From: Octopus vulgaris
Taxonomy: Eukaryota
DNA: 64,000 nt
Assembly (NCBI GenBank): GCA_951406725.2
Contig: OX597818.1
Span: 98,518,001-98,582,000 of the forward strand
Reading direction: 5' to 3'
Shown: in pieces, positions 1-15,782 of the stretch
Layout of the letters: every line of letters begins with the position of its first letter
How positions within the stretch are numbered: position 1 is the first letter of the stretch
The notes under the pieces: model-generated
The model's database searches: none
Told to the model about the DNA's origin: nothing
What the model saw: only the letters and a program-made list of their open reading frames with translations
Translations under genes and position numbers: made by a program

Positions 1-192
1 CGACCGACGGCTTCAGACACAAACAACAACAACAACAACAATGATAATACTACTACTACTAATAATAATAATCCTTTCTACATTAGGCACAAGGCCTGAA
101 ATTTTGGGGGAGAGGGTAAGTCGATCACATCGACCACAGAACTCTGTTACTTAATTTATCGACCCCGAAAGGACGAAAGGCAGCTCGTCGCC

Positions 193-245
<53 letters not shown>

Positions 246-444
246 CCTTTCTACTGTAGGCACAAGGCCTGAAATTTGCGGGGAGGGGGTCAGTCGATTA
301 GATCGACTCCAGAACACGAATGGTACTTAATCTGTCGATCCCGAAAGGATGAAAGGCAAAGTCGACCTCGGCGGAATTTGAACTCAGAACGTAAAGATAG
401 ACGAAATACTGCTAAGCATACCATACGAAATACCAACTCGCTGC

Positions 445-499
<55 letters not shown>

Positions 500-1153
500 G
501 TAATGATGATGATGATGATACTCTTTATATTTGAATGTATGACGAAAATTGAATGTCTGGCTAAATGCTAATCCTGCTGCATAAATCACAACGATACCTT
601 ATTAGTTAATCTCACTTGTTGACTAGTTAAAGTCGTAAGGAGTTAATTAGTTGTAAAGAGTTAATTAACAAAATTATAGTGGCTTCAATTCATTCAAAAG
701 TTATGCTAGTTACAGCTTTCTTTTTCTATACGAAAAAGAAAAAAAAAGTAAAAAACAAAAAAACAAACAAACGAAAGAAAAAAAAAAAAACCCAGTAAGT
801 GAATAATCAGTTGGTCTAATAGTAGGGAAGATAAACATAACTGCAAGTTCACTCGGTGCGATATATAAATTTTTATCTTTCAATTACACAAACCTTTGCT
901 CTTGAAAGTTTTCTACATTTAACCGTATACAATCTCTGATATTAAAGATATCGATATCAATGTTATAATGAGTGCCCCAAAATAATCACTCTTTCATACC
1001 ATTTCCTTTTAGATTAATCGCAAAGGTTTAACTTTTCCATGTAGTAAAGGTTTGTGAATTTGAGAATTTCCTTATTTAGACTTAGACCTGTATAGAGATG
1101 ATCATTTAATCCTAGTACATTTTTAAGGGCTCACCTTATAGATTTAGAATATA

Positions 1154-1540
1154 CTAACAGTATCGCCCGACGTTGCTCGGGGTTTTTTCGACCCTTTACA
1201 ATTGGAATTTTTGAAAAGTAAAAATTTTGTATTATGTAACTTGTTATTCTCTTTAAGTGAACATTTTTCTGGTTGAAATACACCAAAAAATGACGACACA
1301 ACAGTAAAAAATTCGTAAAAAATTGGGATTTTCATAGAAAAAAAGCACATTTTTGATGTAAATAATTTTTGGTCTTAACATGGTCCGATTTGAATTTTAT
1401 CTTCTACGGAATGAAGAGCAAGCCTTCTATCATACTCTCAATTTTGGCCAACTTGCACCGCAGGGTCTCGGAGGAGATAGTGTTAGTTGAAGGCTACCAA
1501 ACCTGCCACACACAGACAACTTCAGCTTTATATATATAGA
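1154..1540 (-). mobile_element. Non-autonomous Helitron
   Basis: Minus strand starts A|TCTATATATATAAAG and ends with hairpin CCGAGCAACGTCGG + TTAG|T; termini shared with the copy at 60013. Confidence 0.7.
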
Positions 1541-1779
1541 TTTACAATTAGAATAGATTTAGAAAATGTCTTAATAGAACATCTAAAGAATTTAATCTAA
1601 GAGACACATTTGATACTAAATACTGGCATATTCGCGTTGCGGAAGCGTTGCACTCCTGAAAATCTTGCATTTTTTTTTTTGGAGTTTCGTAGCAAAACTT
1701 ATTTTCGTTATGATTTTATTTTGAGTGACTTTTGTGTAAAAACTATAAATATTAGTGGCATTCACTGGCGCATAACCAA

Positions 1780-2575
1780 TTCATGAAGTGTTCTCATAGA
1801 GCAAAACTGGAATAAAGAAAAGAGTAAATTCATCACATAATGCTTTACAAATTTCATCAAGGTTCTGATGCAAATAAAAATGTTCAAAAAGCTTGTGGTT
1901 AGGAGACTGTGAATGAAAGAACTAGTAGAAGGTAGTTTGAAAAAAACTGGATGTAACAATTTTAATTTGTTTGATGACCTTAGATCAGGAAATACTTCGG
2001 AAATGAATGACGAAATATATTAGCTTTCTACGGAGGACATTCATTTGAAGAAACTAGGAAAGGTTTCAAAGTGGGGAAAATAGGTTCCTCATCCTCTTTC
2101 ACAGCAGTCAACGAAGCTTGACTGCTGTGAATTGCTCTACACGCATAAGTTAAAAACACCATCTTAAAAACTGATGAGATGAGAAATTTTAAGTGCCTCA
2201 GACATGCTCTCCACAAATCAAAAACCCGTACTATATCCATGAGCATGGGGTGGAAAATCTGATTGTTTAGTGGGATATGGAAGGAATTAATATTTTACGG
2301 CCAATTCGATAATGACTGAAATCTACTTGACCATTTAAAAACTGCTTTGGATGGAAAAAGTTCTGCCTAAATAAACCGCGGTGGAGAGGGGTTCTCGCTC
2401 ATCAGGATTAATGCTCGGTCTTACACCGTACAAGTTACAAAACTGTTCTGGAATAATTCGAATGGGAAAACTTCCTTCACTTGTTTAGTCCTTGCTCCTT
2501 TAGACTTCCACTTATTTAGGTCTTTGCTAAACCATTTATGTGGGAAAAGTATGGCAATCAGGGAAGACATAGAAA
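1780..2575 (+). pseudogene. Degraded mariner transposase
   Basis: Remnant of the SPDLAPSDFHLFRSL motif (CTTGCTCCTTTAGACTTCCACTTATTTAGGTCTTTG, about 2491-2526); many frameshifts. Confidence 0.6.
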
Positions 2576-3620
2576 ACGAGTGGCTGTGTGGTAAGTTGCT
2601 TGCTTACCAACCACATGGTTCCGGGTTCATTCCCACTGCGTGGCACCTTGGGCAAGTGTCTTCCACTATAGCCTCAGACCGACCAAAGCTTTGTGAGTGG
2701 ATTTCGTAGACGAAAACTGGAAGAAGCCCAGCGTATATATATGTATGTATGTGTGTCTTATGTTTGTGTGTCTGTGTTTGTTCCCCCATCATCGCTTGGC
2801 AACCGATGCTGGTGTGTTTACGTCCTCGTAACTTAGTGGTTCGGCAAAAAACGCCGATGGAATAAGTACTAGGCTTCCAAAGAATAAGTCTTGGGGTCGA
2901 TTTGCTCGACTAAAGGCGGTGCTCTAGCATGGCCACTGTTAAATAACTGAAACAAGTAAAAGAGTATCATTTATCTTTTACTTGTTTCAGTCATTGGACT
3001 GCGACCCTGCTGGGGAACCACCTTCAGAAATTTTAGCCGAATGAAACAATCCCAGTACTATTTTTTTAAAGTCTGATGCTTATTCTATCGATCCATTTGC
3101 CGAACTACTTAGTTTCGGGGACATAAACACACCAACGCCGGTCGTTAAGCGGTAGTGGAGGACGGACACACACGCATATATAAGACTTTGGCTGGCCCGC
3201 GGCTACAGCAGAAGACACTTGCCCAAGGGACTGAACCCGGGACCATGTGGTTAGGAAGCAAACTGCTTACCACCCAGCCACGCCTGCACCTATTGTATCT
3301 TATTTCCTAAAAAGCTTGATAGTTGTCCGGCAATGTGACCACTCAGCTTCGAAGCTTCTCTCGTTCTTGTTTCTTATTTCTTTATTGCCCACAAGGGGTT
3401 AAACATAGAGGGGACAAACAAGGACAGACAAACGGATTAAGTCGATTATATCGACCCCAGTGCTTAACTGGTACTTAATTCATCGACCCCGAAAGGAGAG
3501 ACAAAGGGATTAAGTCGATTACATCGACCCCAGGGCGTAAATGGTACATAATTTATCGACCCCGAAAGGATGAAAGGCAAAGTCGATCTCGGCGGAATTT
3601 GAACTCAGAACGTAATGGCA

Positions 3621-3659
<39 letters not shown>

Positions 3660-3664
<5 letters not shown>

Positions 3665-3965
3665 TTAGATAAAAACTTAGAAATGTTTCGACCAAAGATT
3701 GGTCCAGGCCATGTCTAACTTAACAGCACCACCTGATAGGATTATCTAAATCCTATTTAAGTCATGTTTTGTTTATGGTCCATTCAAGTAGTGAGTTTTT
3801 GTTGGGTGAGTTGTATCCAATTATGGGTGGCTTATCTGGTATCCCTTGAAGGAATCTATCCAGACTCCGTTTAAAGTTGATGGGATCCTTTTCCTCTTTG
3901 ATCTCTTTCGGGACAATGTTAAATAGGGCAGGGCCTGTTGAGGAAAAGAAATTATGTTGTAGTGT
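3660..3965 (-). mobile_element. 5'-truncated CR1/L2-group LINE 3' end
   Basis: GPALFNIVPKEIK...FKRSLDRFLQGIPDKP...NSLLEW C-terminus, then a short 3'UTR with hairpin GACC/GGTC and TCTAAGT repeats. Confidence 0.65.
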
Positions 3966-4654
3966 ACATGTATGCTGTGATCTTGAATTGATACCAACAT
4001 ATAAGGAATTATACAGACGTTTGAGTGGACGCATGAACGTACACTCACACACATCGAATTATCTCATACATAAAAAAAACTCTACGTACACACAAATGCA
4101 CACAGGTTTACGTGATATAATTGTATACAGAAATATATACACATGCTCACATTCGCATACGCATATATAGGCATTCGACGTATTTACATACACGCATGCA
4201 CACACACACACACACACACAGGTATTGTACGAGTGTGTGTTCACATGCTCGTACATACGAACACAAATATACAATAGACATACAGAGAGACAGATCGCAC
4301 TTAACATTGCTTCATTGGCAATGAGTGATCACGCGAACTTGACTATTTGAAATTTAATCAAACAAACACTGCTTTGTCCGATCTTCGTGGCTTTTTCACA
4401 CACTTACTCTCCCATCCTCAAACTTTCAGCTCGTCTTTCTTTTCCTTCTCCTTTTCTTTCTTTCTTTCCTTCTTTCTTTCCTTCTTTCTTTCTTTCTTTC
4501 TTTCCTTCTTTCTTTCTTTCTTGCTTTCTTTCTTTCTTTCTTTCTTTCTTTCACCCTCGTCTCTTTTATATGAAATCTCTCCCAGATTCTCGCTTTATCA
4601 ATAGAAACTTTTCTCTATTCCGCTCTGTATTTATTACACACACACACACACGCA

Positions 4655-4722
<68 letters not shown>

Positions 4723-4865
4723 CACACTTTATAGATCTCTCCTTCCCTCTATCTTTCAGTATCTGCCTTCCTCATTTCTCCCCCCCCCCATTCCCTCGCT
4801 TTCTCATTTCAATAATTTTCTCTAATCAAATATCACCCTTTCTCTCTTCTCTCTGTCTCACCCCG

Positions 4866-4905
<40 letters not shown>

Positions 4906-5169
4906 CTGTCTGTCACTCCCCACCATCACTTATTCGCTCCCCTCCCCTTCTCATTCTCATTCACACGCTATTAAAAAACAAAAATAAAAGAGAATCGACG
5001 TCCGAACACAAATACATGCATTCGCACGCACACGGATAGAGATATGCATGTAAGCACGTGACATCAAATACACGTTTCTGAGAATGTTTGCTGTTGTTTT
5101 TCACATACAATGACTTTTGGTTGCTTTGTGCTAGCAACTCAGTATTATATATGTGTATGTGTGTATATA

Positions 5170-5200
<31 letters not shown>

Positions 5201-5531
5201 TTATTTATTTATTCATTTATTTATATGTATATGAACTTGATTGATAGAAGCACACACACACACACGCATGCAAACGCTCTCTCTCCCCCCCTCTCTCTGT
5301 CTCTCTCTCGCTCTCTTTTTCTCAAACTTATATACACTCACACACACACGATCACACATCTTTTTCAAGGACTTGTTCAAGACCCGGCTGGGTCAATGGA
5401 CAACTGGGTGAAGGTGGGTTTGATGCTGATAGACACGAAACACTCCATCTGAGATCCCTAGAAAAAAATATCACTGATGATGCAGCCCAGGGCAGCCATG
5501 ATATGTATCATGCAACAGCAACAACAACAGC

Positions 5532-5572
<41 letters not shown>

Positions 5573-6026
5573 TTATCTTTTACTTGCTTTAGCCATTTGA
5601 CTGCGGCCATGCTAGGGCACCGCTTTGAAGGGTTTCATTCGAACAAATCGACCCAGGACTTTTTTTAAAAGCCTAGTACATATTCTAACGGTCTCTATTC
5701 CCGAACTGCTAAGTTGCAGGGACGTAAACACACTAACAGCGGTTGTCAAGCGGTAAGAGTGGAAAAACACAGACACAAAGACACAGACACATACACACAT
5801 ACATACAACAGGTTTTTTCAGTTTCCGTCTACCAAATCCACTCACAAAGCTTTGGTCAGCCCGAGGCTACAGCAGAAGACACTTGCCCAAGGTGCTACGC
5901 AGTGGGACTGAACCCGGAACCATGTGGTTGGGAAGTAAAATTCTTATATACGAATACACACACATATGTGTATACATATATATATACATAAATACATTAT
6001 TATGTATGTATGCATGTATATATGTA

Positions 6027-6074
<48 letters not shown>

Positions 6075-7129
6075 CGTGTATGTATGTATGTATGCACATA
6101 TGTGTACATATGTACATCGCGAAAAGTATGTATGTATGTATGTGCACACATGTATGTATAGGTTTCAGGTCCTTCGAGACTACTGAATGGAAGTGAAAAT
6201 ATAATCTTTATCAGAGATCTGGGCCCAAATATTTGCAACAGAAAGTAATACATTGTTAAAGCCAACCCAGGATCAGTTGGTGGTATGAAACTGGATGACA
6301 GATTTATTTTATCACCTAAGAACGGGAACGGTCGGTCTGGTTGGCTTCCGTACAGTTTCTGTCTACCAAATTTTACTCACAAAGATTTGGTTGCTTCTAG
6401 ACTATAACAGAAGATACAGAAGTGCCGCTCAGCGTGATTAAGCCTCGAAACAAAGCACTTGCGACAAAGTCTTCTAAACCACACACTTATGAATGTGCCC
6501 ATACTATATAGATGGCATATATATATGTATGAATGCATGTTTGTATGTGCATATATATATATATATATGAATTATTAAATAGTACAATACAGTAGTATTG
6601 CTTCCCAGTAAAACAAAGCACCAACAGGTTAAACTATAAATAAGATAGTAGTACCACTATCTTACATATATATATATATATATCCTTAAAGACTCGCTCG
6701 TGTCCGGGGACATCCTGAACTCTAGGAGGGAGATTTTCGAACCATGCCTGTATCGGAGAAAATACCTGCTGGCTTTTTAGAATCCGTATGACGGCACCAC
6801 AGCTGCAAACTAATAGCTAAGGCCGAAGGGAGACAATCCTTTACCTTCGTGGTGCATTGGCGACTGCAAGGTAGCAGTGCGGCCCAACGTGGATGGAAAA
6901 GGGCAAAGGGAAATAATTACCTATGGTTTAACCCTAAAAATGAGGCTTTTCCTCCCCTCCATCTTTTAAAGAGGTCCCGGGTCAGCAGCGTTTGGGATCT
7001 GAAGATAGGCCGTAAGGCTAAACCCCTCATGAGTGAGAAAAACAGGGTAACTCCATAAACCGGCCTATCCCAATATAATACACACACATATACATACATA
7101 TATACGTATACATACATATATTATATATA

Positions 7130-7160
<31 letters not shown>

Positions 7161-7537
7161 GTGTGGCACTCCATCGTTTACGACGACGAGGGTTCCAGCT
7201 GAACCGATCAACGGAACAGGCTGCTCGTGAAATTAACATGCAAGTGACTGAGCACTCCACGTGCAAGTGGATGAGCATGTGTACTCTTAACGTAGTTCTC
7301 GGGGAGATTCAGCGTGACACAAAGTGTCACAAGGCTGGCCCTTTGAAATACAGGTACAACAGAAAGAGGAAGAAAGAGTGAGAGAAAGCTGTGATGAAAG
7401 AATACAGCAGGGTTCGCTACTACCCATTGTGGAGCCTCGTGGTGCTTTGTGTTATCGCTCAATAAACACTCGCAAAGCCCGGTCTGGATATATATATGTA
7501 TACACACACACACGCACACACACATACGCACACACAC

Positions 7538-7577
<40 letters not shown>

Positions 7578-7629
7578 ACGTACGTATGTATGTATGTATG
7601 TATGTATGTATGTATGTATGTATGTGCAG

Positions 7630-8150
7630 GCGAAATGTGGCCCGGCGCTGTCACAACCGGATGCCACCATCGATACAGCCATTCGTCAGGCGGTTATTCA
7701 TCGAACATTCCAGCCAACGTCTATTCAACACCCCCGTCTGAAGGAAGCCTTCACGAAGAAGCCGGATGAAAGAACCGAAGCAGCCCTCTCGAAGGCAGAC
7801 TTCACAGACTTGATACGCTTCCGAGGTGGTCATCATCCGGCACTCAGGCGCTGGCAAAAGATGGCAGGATGCAGCGACACCGATCAATGCAGACTCTGTG
7901 ACGAGGAGTTGGAATCTGCAGAACATCTCTCGGTGAGATGTCCGGCCCTGATGGTGAAACGCTATATCCGCCATCTAGGGGCTACAATGGATGAGATGAT
8001 TCGTCTCCCTTCCGCGGCTCTAGCGCTTCTGAGAGTTATCTTCAGGCGCTTGAGGTGACCAACAGCAACAAACAACAGCAGCAGCAGCAGCAACAGCAAC
8101 AACAACAACAACAGCAACATCATTAATAACTAACAACAACAACATCATCA
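7630..8150 (+). mobile_element. 5'-truncated I-group (I/R1/Nimb-like) LINE 3' end with (CAA)n tail
   Basis: LIRFRGGHH...CRLCDEELESAEHLSVRCPAL (CCHC), stop at 8058, then (CAA/CAG)n. Confidence 0.65.
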
Positions 8151-8765
8151 TCAACCTCGGAAACCACCTAACTACAACTTGTTCAAATTTGATCCCATCT
8201 TGTAAAACTTAAACGTCATTTCCAAGAAAATATACTTTGAAAGCGAAACATGTCAACCGTTTCAACGAAACATGAAGCGAGATATACAATCGCATATATA
8301 ACTAAAACTTATAGTAGAAAAGCCATCAACCATTTTCAGCGTACCTAAATGACCTCTGGAAAGTAAAAGTTGTTTTCACTTATTATACATCATACGAGCT
8401 CTTCCTTGTCTTAAGTAAGGCTTTCCAGTACTTTGCTTAGATCTTTTCTAATCTCTCAGAATCTTCCTCTGCACAGCTCAGCCTATATATATATATATAT
8501 GTTATGAGAGGTAATGGTGTCAGTGAGACCCAAAGGTGTCAGGTAATGCTGAATAAGTGCTATGGATAGACCATAATTAAGTTCTAGGTTCAGTGATTAT
8601 GCGAACAATAAGGTATTGGAATCTTATATGTATACCATTCTGCCTAAATAATGGATCTACAAAGACAATATCCCTGCATATCTCACATCTATTTCCATTC
8701 CTCCACCTCACTCTCTATTTCGTATCTTATCTAAATTAACTATTGCTTAACCATCTTCTCACCCC

Positions 8766-8813
8766 GTCTCCGATGAAGGGATATAATAAATATCCTAGAA
8801 ACAGCAGTAAGAC
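8766..8813 (+). ncRNA. Degenerate hammerhead in an island between (TA)n tracts (8501-8878)
   Basis: GUCU CCGAUGA AGGGAUA-loop-UAUCCUA GAAAC AGCA GUA^AGAC; U4>C and a stem II closing mismatch. Confidence 0.55.
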
Positions 8814-8874
8814 CTATCTATAAATGTTCTAAAATCTACAAAGCCTTGGTTTGTTATCTCATTACGGAAAAAAA

Positions 8875-10361
<1,487 letters not shown>

Positions 10362-11779
10362 TATTCTACATTGCGTATGTTCAACAAAAGACTGCCTCTA
10401 CTCTATCTCTCTCATTATTTCCATATCACACAGTTGCTATGTGTGAACACGTCAACGATCACCTCAACCCAACAAGACGACCAATCGTATATGATCGTCC
10501 CCATGTTACCTTCAGAATTTTCAAGGATTAGCTTCTATGTTCACTTGAGCTTACAACTATTCTTTCCATAGAGGAGATCTAGCTCAGTTTATGAAAATAA
10601 TTGAGAGATATTCCAGAATGAGCAACATTTCTGACACTGACACAGCAGCGTAATTGGAAGAGGGGCAAGTCGGGGGGAGAAGTCAGCTCCGGATGACATT
10701 TTAAGGGGTAGGGTGCAGTTTTGGGGGTCTGCCGTGTAAGCCTGTATAAAAATCCTCAAGGGCTGTTCTAGGCGACATACATTGTAGCTACGTCTCTGCT
10801 CTGGCATCTACACACCTCTCACCACTACTATTACCCTAATGAGATTTACGACTGGAAACAATCATAAACAGTCAACTCTTTTATTACTTCGTGTCGCTTT
10901 CCTATTAATTATTTCCCAGTGCGGTTTCTGCGGAATCAAATTTGCACGCAGTCCAAGATGGTGATTTCACTTTCAATATTTTTCTCTGCCGCACGGTCCA
11001 AAATGTTAAACTCTCTTCTCCGCATCACAATGAAATTTACCACTCTTCTAAAACTTTCTTATGGATTATTTCAACGCTTCTCTGACTTTTTTTTTTTAAC
11101 TATCACCGCTCTTTTTTCAACGCTTACCACTATTTTTAATATCCATGCACATAATCCTTTCTAATATAGGCAAAAGGCCTTAAAATTTGGAGGCGGAGAG
11201 TAGTCGATTACAACAACACCAGTGCTGAAATTATATTTATTTCTTCAACCCCGAAAGGATGAAAGGCAAAGCCGATCCCAGTGGTACTCGAACCCAGGAC
11301 GTAAAGACGAACGAAATACCGCTAAGCATTTTATTCGTTGAGGTAGCGAATCTGTTAACTTCCATTTTTAATGCAGATACACATGATATCAAACCAGAGT
11401 AACTTATTTCCGGCTGCTAGTTTGACGCGGGGACCAGTTCCCAAAGTACTGCCCGACAATCAGCGAATATTATAAACATAGTGGCATATACTCAATATCG
11501 TTTATTTTATTTGATGTTGTCTTTGCAATCGTTATTGTTGCTTTTGTTGTGATTGTAGCAGAGAGCAAGCAGTTTATCATAATATTACATTCATAATATT
11601 TTTTACTGAATCGTAATAACCTCGGTGACAAAATACAACAGCGTTTATCATATTCACGTTCGAATCTACCGGAACGTATGAAGAATGAATACGTAGTCAT
11701 CTGTTTGATTATCGCTATTCACTGTGCACATGAAGATGTATTATCAGTTGGCAAAATCAACACGCATCTACGGAATAGC

Positions 11780-11823
11780 TTTGGCTGAAGAGACATAACA
11801 ATGTCGAAACACCGGGTGCTAAA
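11780..11823 (+). ncRNA. Degenerate hammerhead within a ~265-bp partial tandem unit
   Basis: UUUGG CUGAAGA GACAU-AACA-AUGUC GAAAC ACCGG GUG CUAAA. The GUG triplet breaks the NUH rule. GTGACAAAATACAACAG recurs at 11625 and 11890. Confidence 0.55.
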
Positions 11824-13822
11824 AAGTCACCTTACGCTAATGAATCGAATATATTATAATCACATTTGCCTGAAAGAAGTTATCTACCAGTGACAAAATA
11901 CAACAGGGATTAACATATTCACGTTCGAATTTGCCGCGATGTTTTAAAGAATGGCCAGTAAGTTGGGGAGTGGGGTCAAGTCGATTACATCGACCCCACT
12001 ATTCGACCCCGAAAGGATGAAAGGCAAAGTCGATCTTGGCAGAATTTGAACTCAGAACTTAAAAACGGACGAAGTGCCGTTCAGCATTTTGTCCTGAGTG
12101 TTAACGATTCTGCCAGCTCGCCTAAGAATGAATACGTATTTCATCGAAGCGGGCAGAAACGTTAGCACGCCGGGCGAAATGCGTAGCCGTATTTCGTCTG
12201 CCGTTACGTTCTGATTTTAAATTCCGCCGAGGTCGACTTTGCCTTTCATCCTTTCGGGGTCGATAAATTAAGTACCATTTACGCACTGGGGTCGATGTAA
12301 TCGACTTAATCCGTTTGTCTGTCCTTGTTTGTCCCCTCTATGTTTAGCCCCTTGTGGGCAATAAAGAAACAGATATTTAAATTGGTGCCCAAAACTAAGA
12401 AACTGTACAGATGCATCTATCGCAACCTTTTTACGCCCTCTTTGTGCTATCTATGCCAAGAATCCATATAAAAAATGTCATCGCCCCCGTCGAACTTGTA
12501 CCGCCTACTTAGAGAAGCAGAATATCATTTGTTAAGTATTAAAACACAGACAGACTATCTACAGTTGCCTCGGTTCCCATATTTTCCTCTATACTCAAAT
12601 ATAAACCAATAAAAAGAATGATGATTTAGGAATGGCTGTTTGGCGTAAAGCTAAGCGGAAAGTCGGAGGGCAAAAAGTGGACCGTCAAAGCTAAGAAGGC
12701 GAGTAGTTATTTATTTGGTCATATTGTCAGTAGCTCGACGCCGTAAAATAAAAAGGAGAAATGCAAAATTTCGTCATTGTTTGAGGGGAAATTGTCTATT
12801 AAAGTGTATGGGAAGAATGTTAAGTGAGACTTAAGTTTCTGTCTAGTCGTGAGAACTTACTTCAGCATACACTCACATTTACATAAGCACGGACACATTG
12901 ACCTAAGTATACGTGTATGAACGTATGTATCTACCTACGGATGTATTATGTACGTGTGTGTAGGTGTTGGTATGCATTAATGTATGTACATATGTATGTA
13001 GATGTATATGTGTGTGTAGGTATATATATGTATGAATGTATATATACATGTATATATGTATATGAATATCTACCTACCTACGTACCTGCCTACCTATGTA
13101 TCTATCTAACTATATACATACGCATGTGAATTGTTTATATATGTAGAGATACACACACACATACGCTCACACACACACGCGCACACACACATACACATGT
13201 GTGCGTCGGTGTATCTATTAATAAACGTATTGATAACCAACACACACAGGCACCCACCCACACACAAGCACCCCCTCACACATATATACACACACATACA
13301 CACTTACACACATACATTCAAACACACAAACAAACACATGCACATACAAATAAACGCATAAACAAATACACAATCATACACAACCGAGGTAAATCTATTC
13401 GAAATGGCTACACGAAATATTTTCCAGTTCCAGAGCTATCGCAAAAATCTATCACAAAGAAATAAAACGGAATTAAAGAATCATTACTTAATATAATAAT
13501 ATTAAAAGGGCGGAGAGCTGGCAGAATCGTTAGCACGTAGGGCGAAATACTTAGCAGTATTTCGTCCTTTACGTACTGAGTTCAAATTCCACCGAGGTCG
13601 ACTTCGCCTTTTACCCATTCAGAGTTGATAAAATAAGTACCAGTCGAGCACTGGGATCGATGGAATCGACGTACCCTCTCATTGAAATTGAATATAATGA
13701 TACTAAGTATCTATAATAATTATATATAAGCAAAGACGGCGAGTTGGCAGAAACGTTAGCACGCCGGGCGAAATGCTTAGCAGTATTTCGTCTGCCGCTA
13801 CGTTCTGAGTTCAAATTCCGCC

Positions 13823-14295
13823 GTTTTTGGTACTATGCTCGTTCGGAGATGTATTACCAGGATATATTTGTAAAAATTTGATGCACTATGTAGAACTGCA
13901 AGTGTAGCCCGTTGATTGAAATTGTATGTATGCACCCAATTAGAGTTAATATATTACTAGATTATAACTTTTGAATTATTAGATTCAATGATCAGAACAA
14001 TGTAATTTTAGGGTAATGTAATATAAGCACATTTTGTTGATTGTAATAGTATTTTCTGCACCCAAGGCGGCGAGCTGGCAGAAACGTTAGCACGCCGGGC
14101 GAAATGCTTGGCGGTATTTCGTCTGCCCCTACATTCTGAGTTCAAATTTCGCCGAGGTTGACTTTGCCTTTCATCCTTTCGGAGTCGATTAAATAAGTAT
14201 CAGTTACGCACTGGGGTCGATATAATCGACATAATCCGTTTGTCTGTCCTTGTTTGTCCTCTCTGTGTTTAGCCCCTTGTGGGTAGTAAAGAAAT
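13823..14295 (+). repeat. Local duplicate of 15309-15782 (unique flank plus SINE)
   Basis: GTTTTTGGTACTATGCTCGTTCGGAG... is near-identical at an offset of 1486 bp. Confidence 0.85.
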
Positions 14296-14833
14296 AGGTA
14301 TTTCGTCTGCCGTTAGGTTTTGAGTTCAAATTCCGCCGAGTTCAACTTTGCCTTTCATCTTTTCGGGGGTCGATAAATTAAGTACCAGTTGAGTACTAAT
14401 GTCTACCAAATCTACACACAAGGCTTTGGTCGGCCCGAAGCTATAGTAACAGACACTTGCCCAAGGTGCCACGCCGTGGGAATGAACCCGGAACCTTGTG
14501 GTTGGTAAGCAAGCTACTTACCACACAGCCACTCCTGCGCCTATATATATATAATAGCATGTGAATATTGGATTGAAAATCCCTTTTGGATAGAAAACGT
14601 TGAAGGCTGCTCGTATTCATGTTTACAGAAGTGGGTTGGGGGACCCGATTCCTACAGGCAGCCTTCGACATGTATCCATAAGGGATTTTCGACCCAATTT
14701 TTACATGTTATTACAGAGCTTTATATGTTTCGAGATCCACTATTCAAAAAAAAAAAAAAGTCACTTTCGCTCAAAAATTTATGGTTGATAGTCAATAAAA
14801 CACACGCACACATATGTAGATATATACATATAT

Positions 14834-14867
<34 letters not shown>

Positions 14868-14868
14868 C

Positions 14869-14920
<52 letters not shown>

Positions 14921-15550
14921 TGTAAAAAGAGTTAGCGGTTATAATAACCGACTAAGGGATACAATATCCGTATGTACTATCGGTATCCGGTACCCGTGTT
15001 ATCCTCGGACATTGGTGTGCAGGCACACTATGCACGTAGAGTGCAGGTAACAACAGGATAAACAAGAATTTATCAGGAAACAAATACGAATAATGAGAAA
15101 ATGGGGAAAACCCCAGATTAACAAACACATCGATTCGACCACATTTATAACTTATTTTTTAAAACAAAGCATGATATAACAAATAGGTGACGTAACAAAC
15201 GGCCGTTTCCGCATCCGTTGCGAATTTTATTTTATTTATGTTATTTTTTCTTTATTTTATTGTACTCTATGTCCACCTTCTCCCACCATACATTGTATGT
15301 GTTTGCTTGTTTTTGGTACTATGCTCGTTCGGAGATGTATTACCAGGATATATTTGTAAAAATTTGATGCACTATGTAGAACTGCAAGTGTAGCCCGTTG
15401 ATTGAAATTGTATGTATGCACCCAATTAGAGTTAATATATTACTAGATTATAACTTTTGAATTATTAGATTCAATGATCAGAACAATGTAATTTTAGGGT
15501 AATGTAATATAAGCACATTTTGTTGATTGTAATAGTATTTTCTGCACCCA

Positions 15551-15782
15551 AGGCGGCGAGCTGGCAGAAACGTTAGCACGCCGGGCGAAATGCTTGGCGG
15601 TATTTCGTCTGCCCCTACATTCTGAGTTCAAATTTCGCCGAGGTTGACTTTGCCTTTCATCCTTTCGGAGCCGATTAAATAAGTACCAGTTACGCACTGG
15701 GGTCGATATAATCGTCTTAATCCGTTTGTCTGTCCTTGTTTGTCCCCTCTGTGTGTAGCCCCTTGTGGGCAGTAAAGAAATA
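15551..15782 (+). mobile_element. tRNA-SINE family A with 17-bp TSD
   Basis: Head GGCGGCGAGCTGGCAGAAACG, B-box GAGTTCAAATT; TSD AGTATTTTC(T/G)GCACCCA. Confidence 0.85.

Noticed and set aside
3680-3715. GACC/GGTC stem followed by GAAAC, resembling a hammerhead
   Set aside because: No CUGANGA and no stem I or III; better explained as a LINE 3'UTR hairpin
13736-13822. tRNA-like A/B boxes as tRNA genes
   Set aside because: These are SINE heads with no complete cloverleaf
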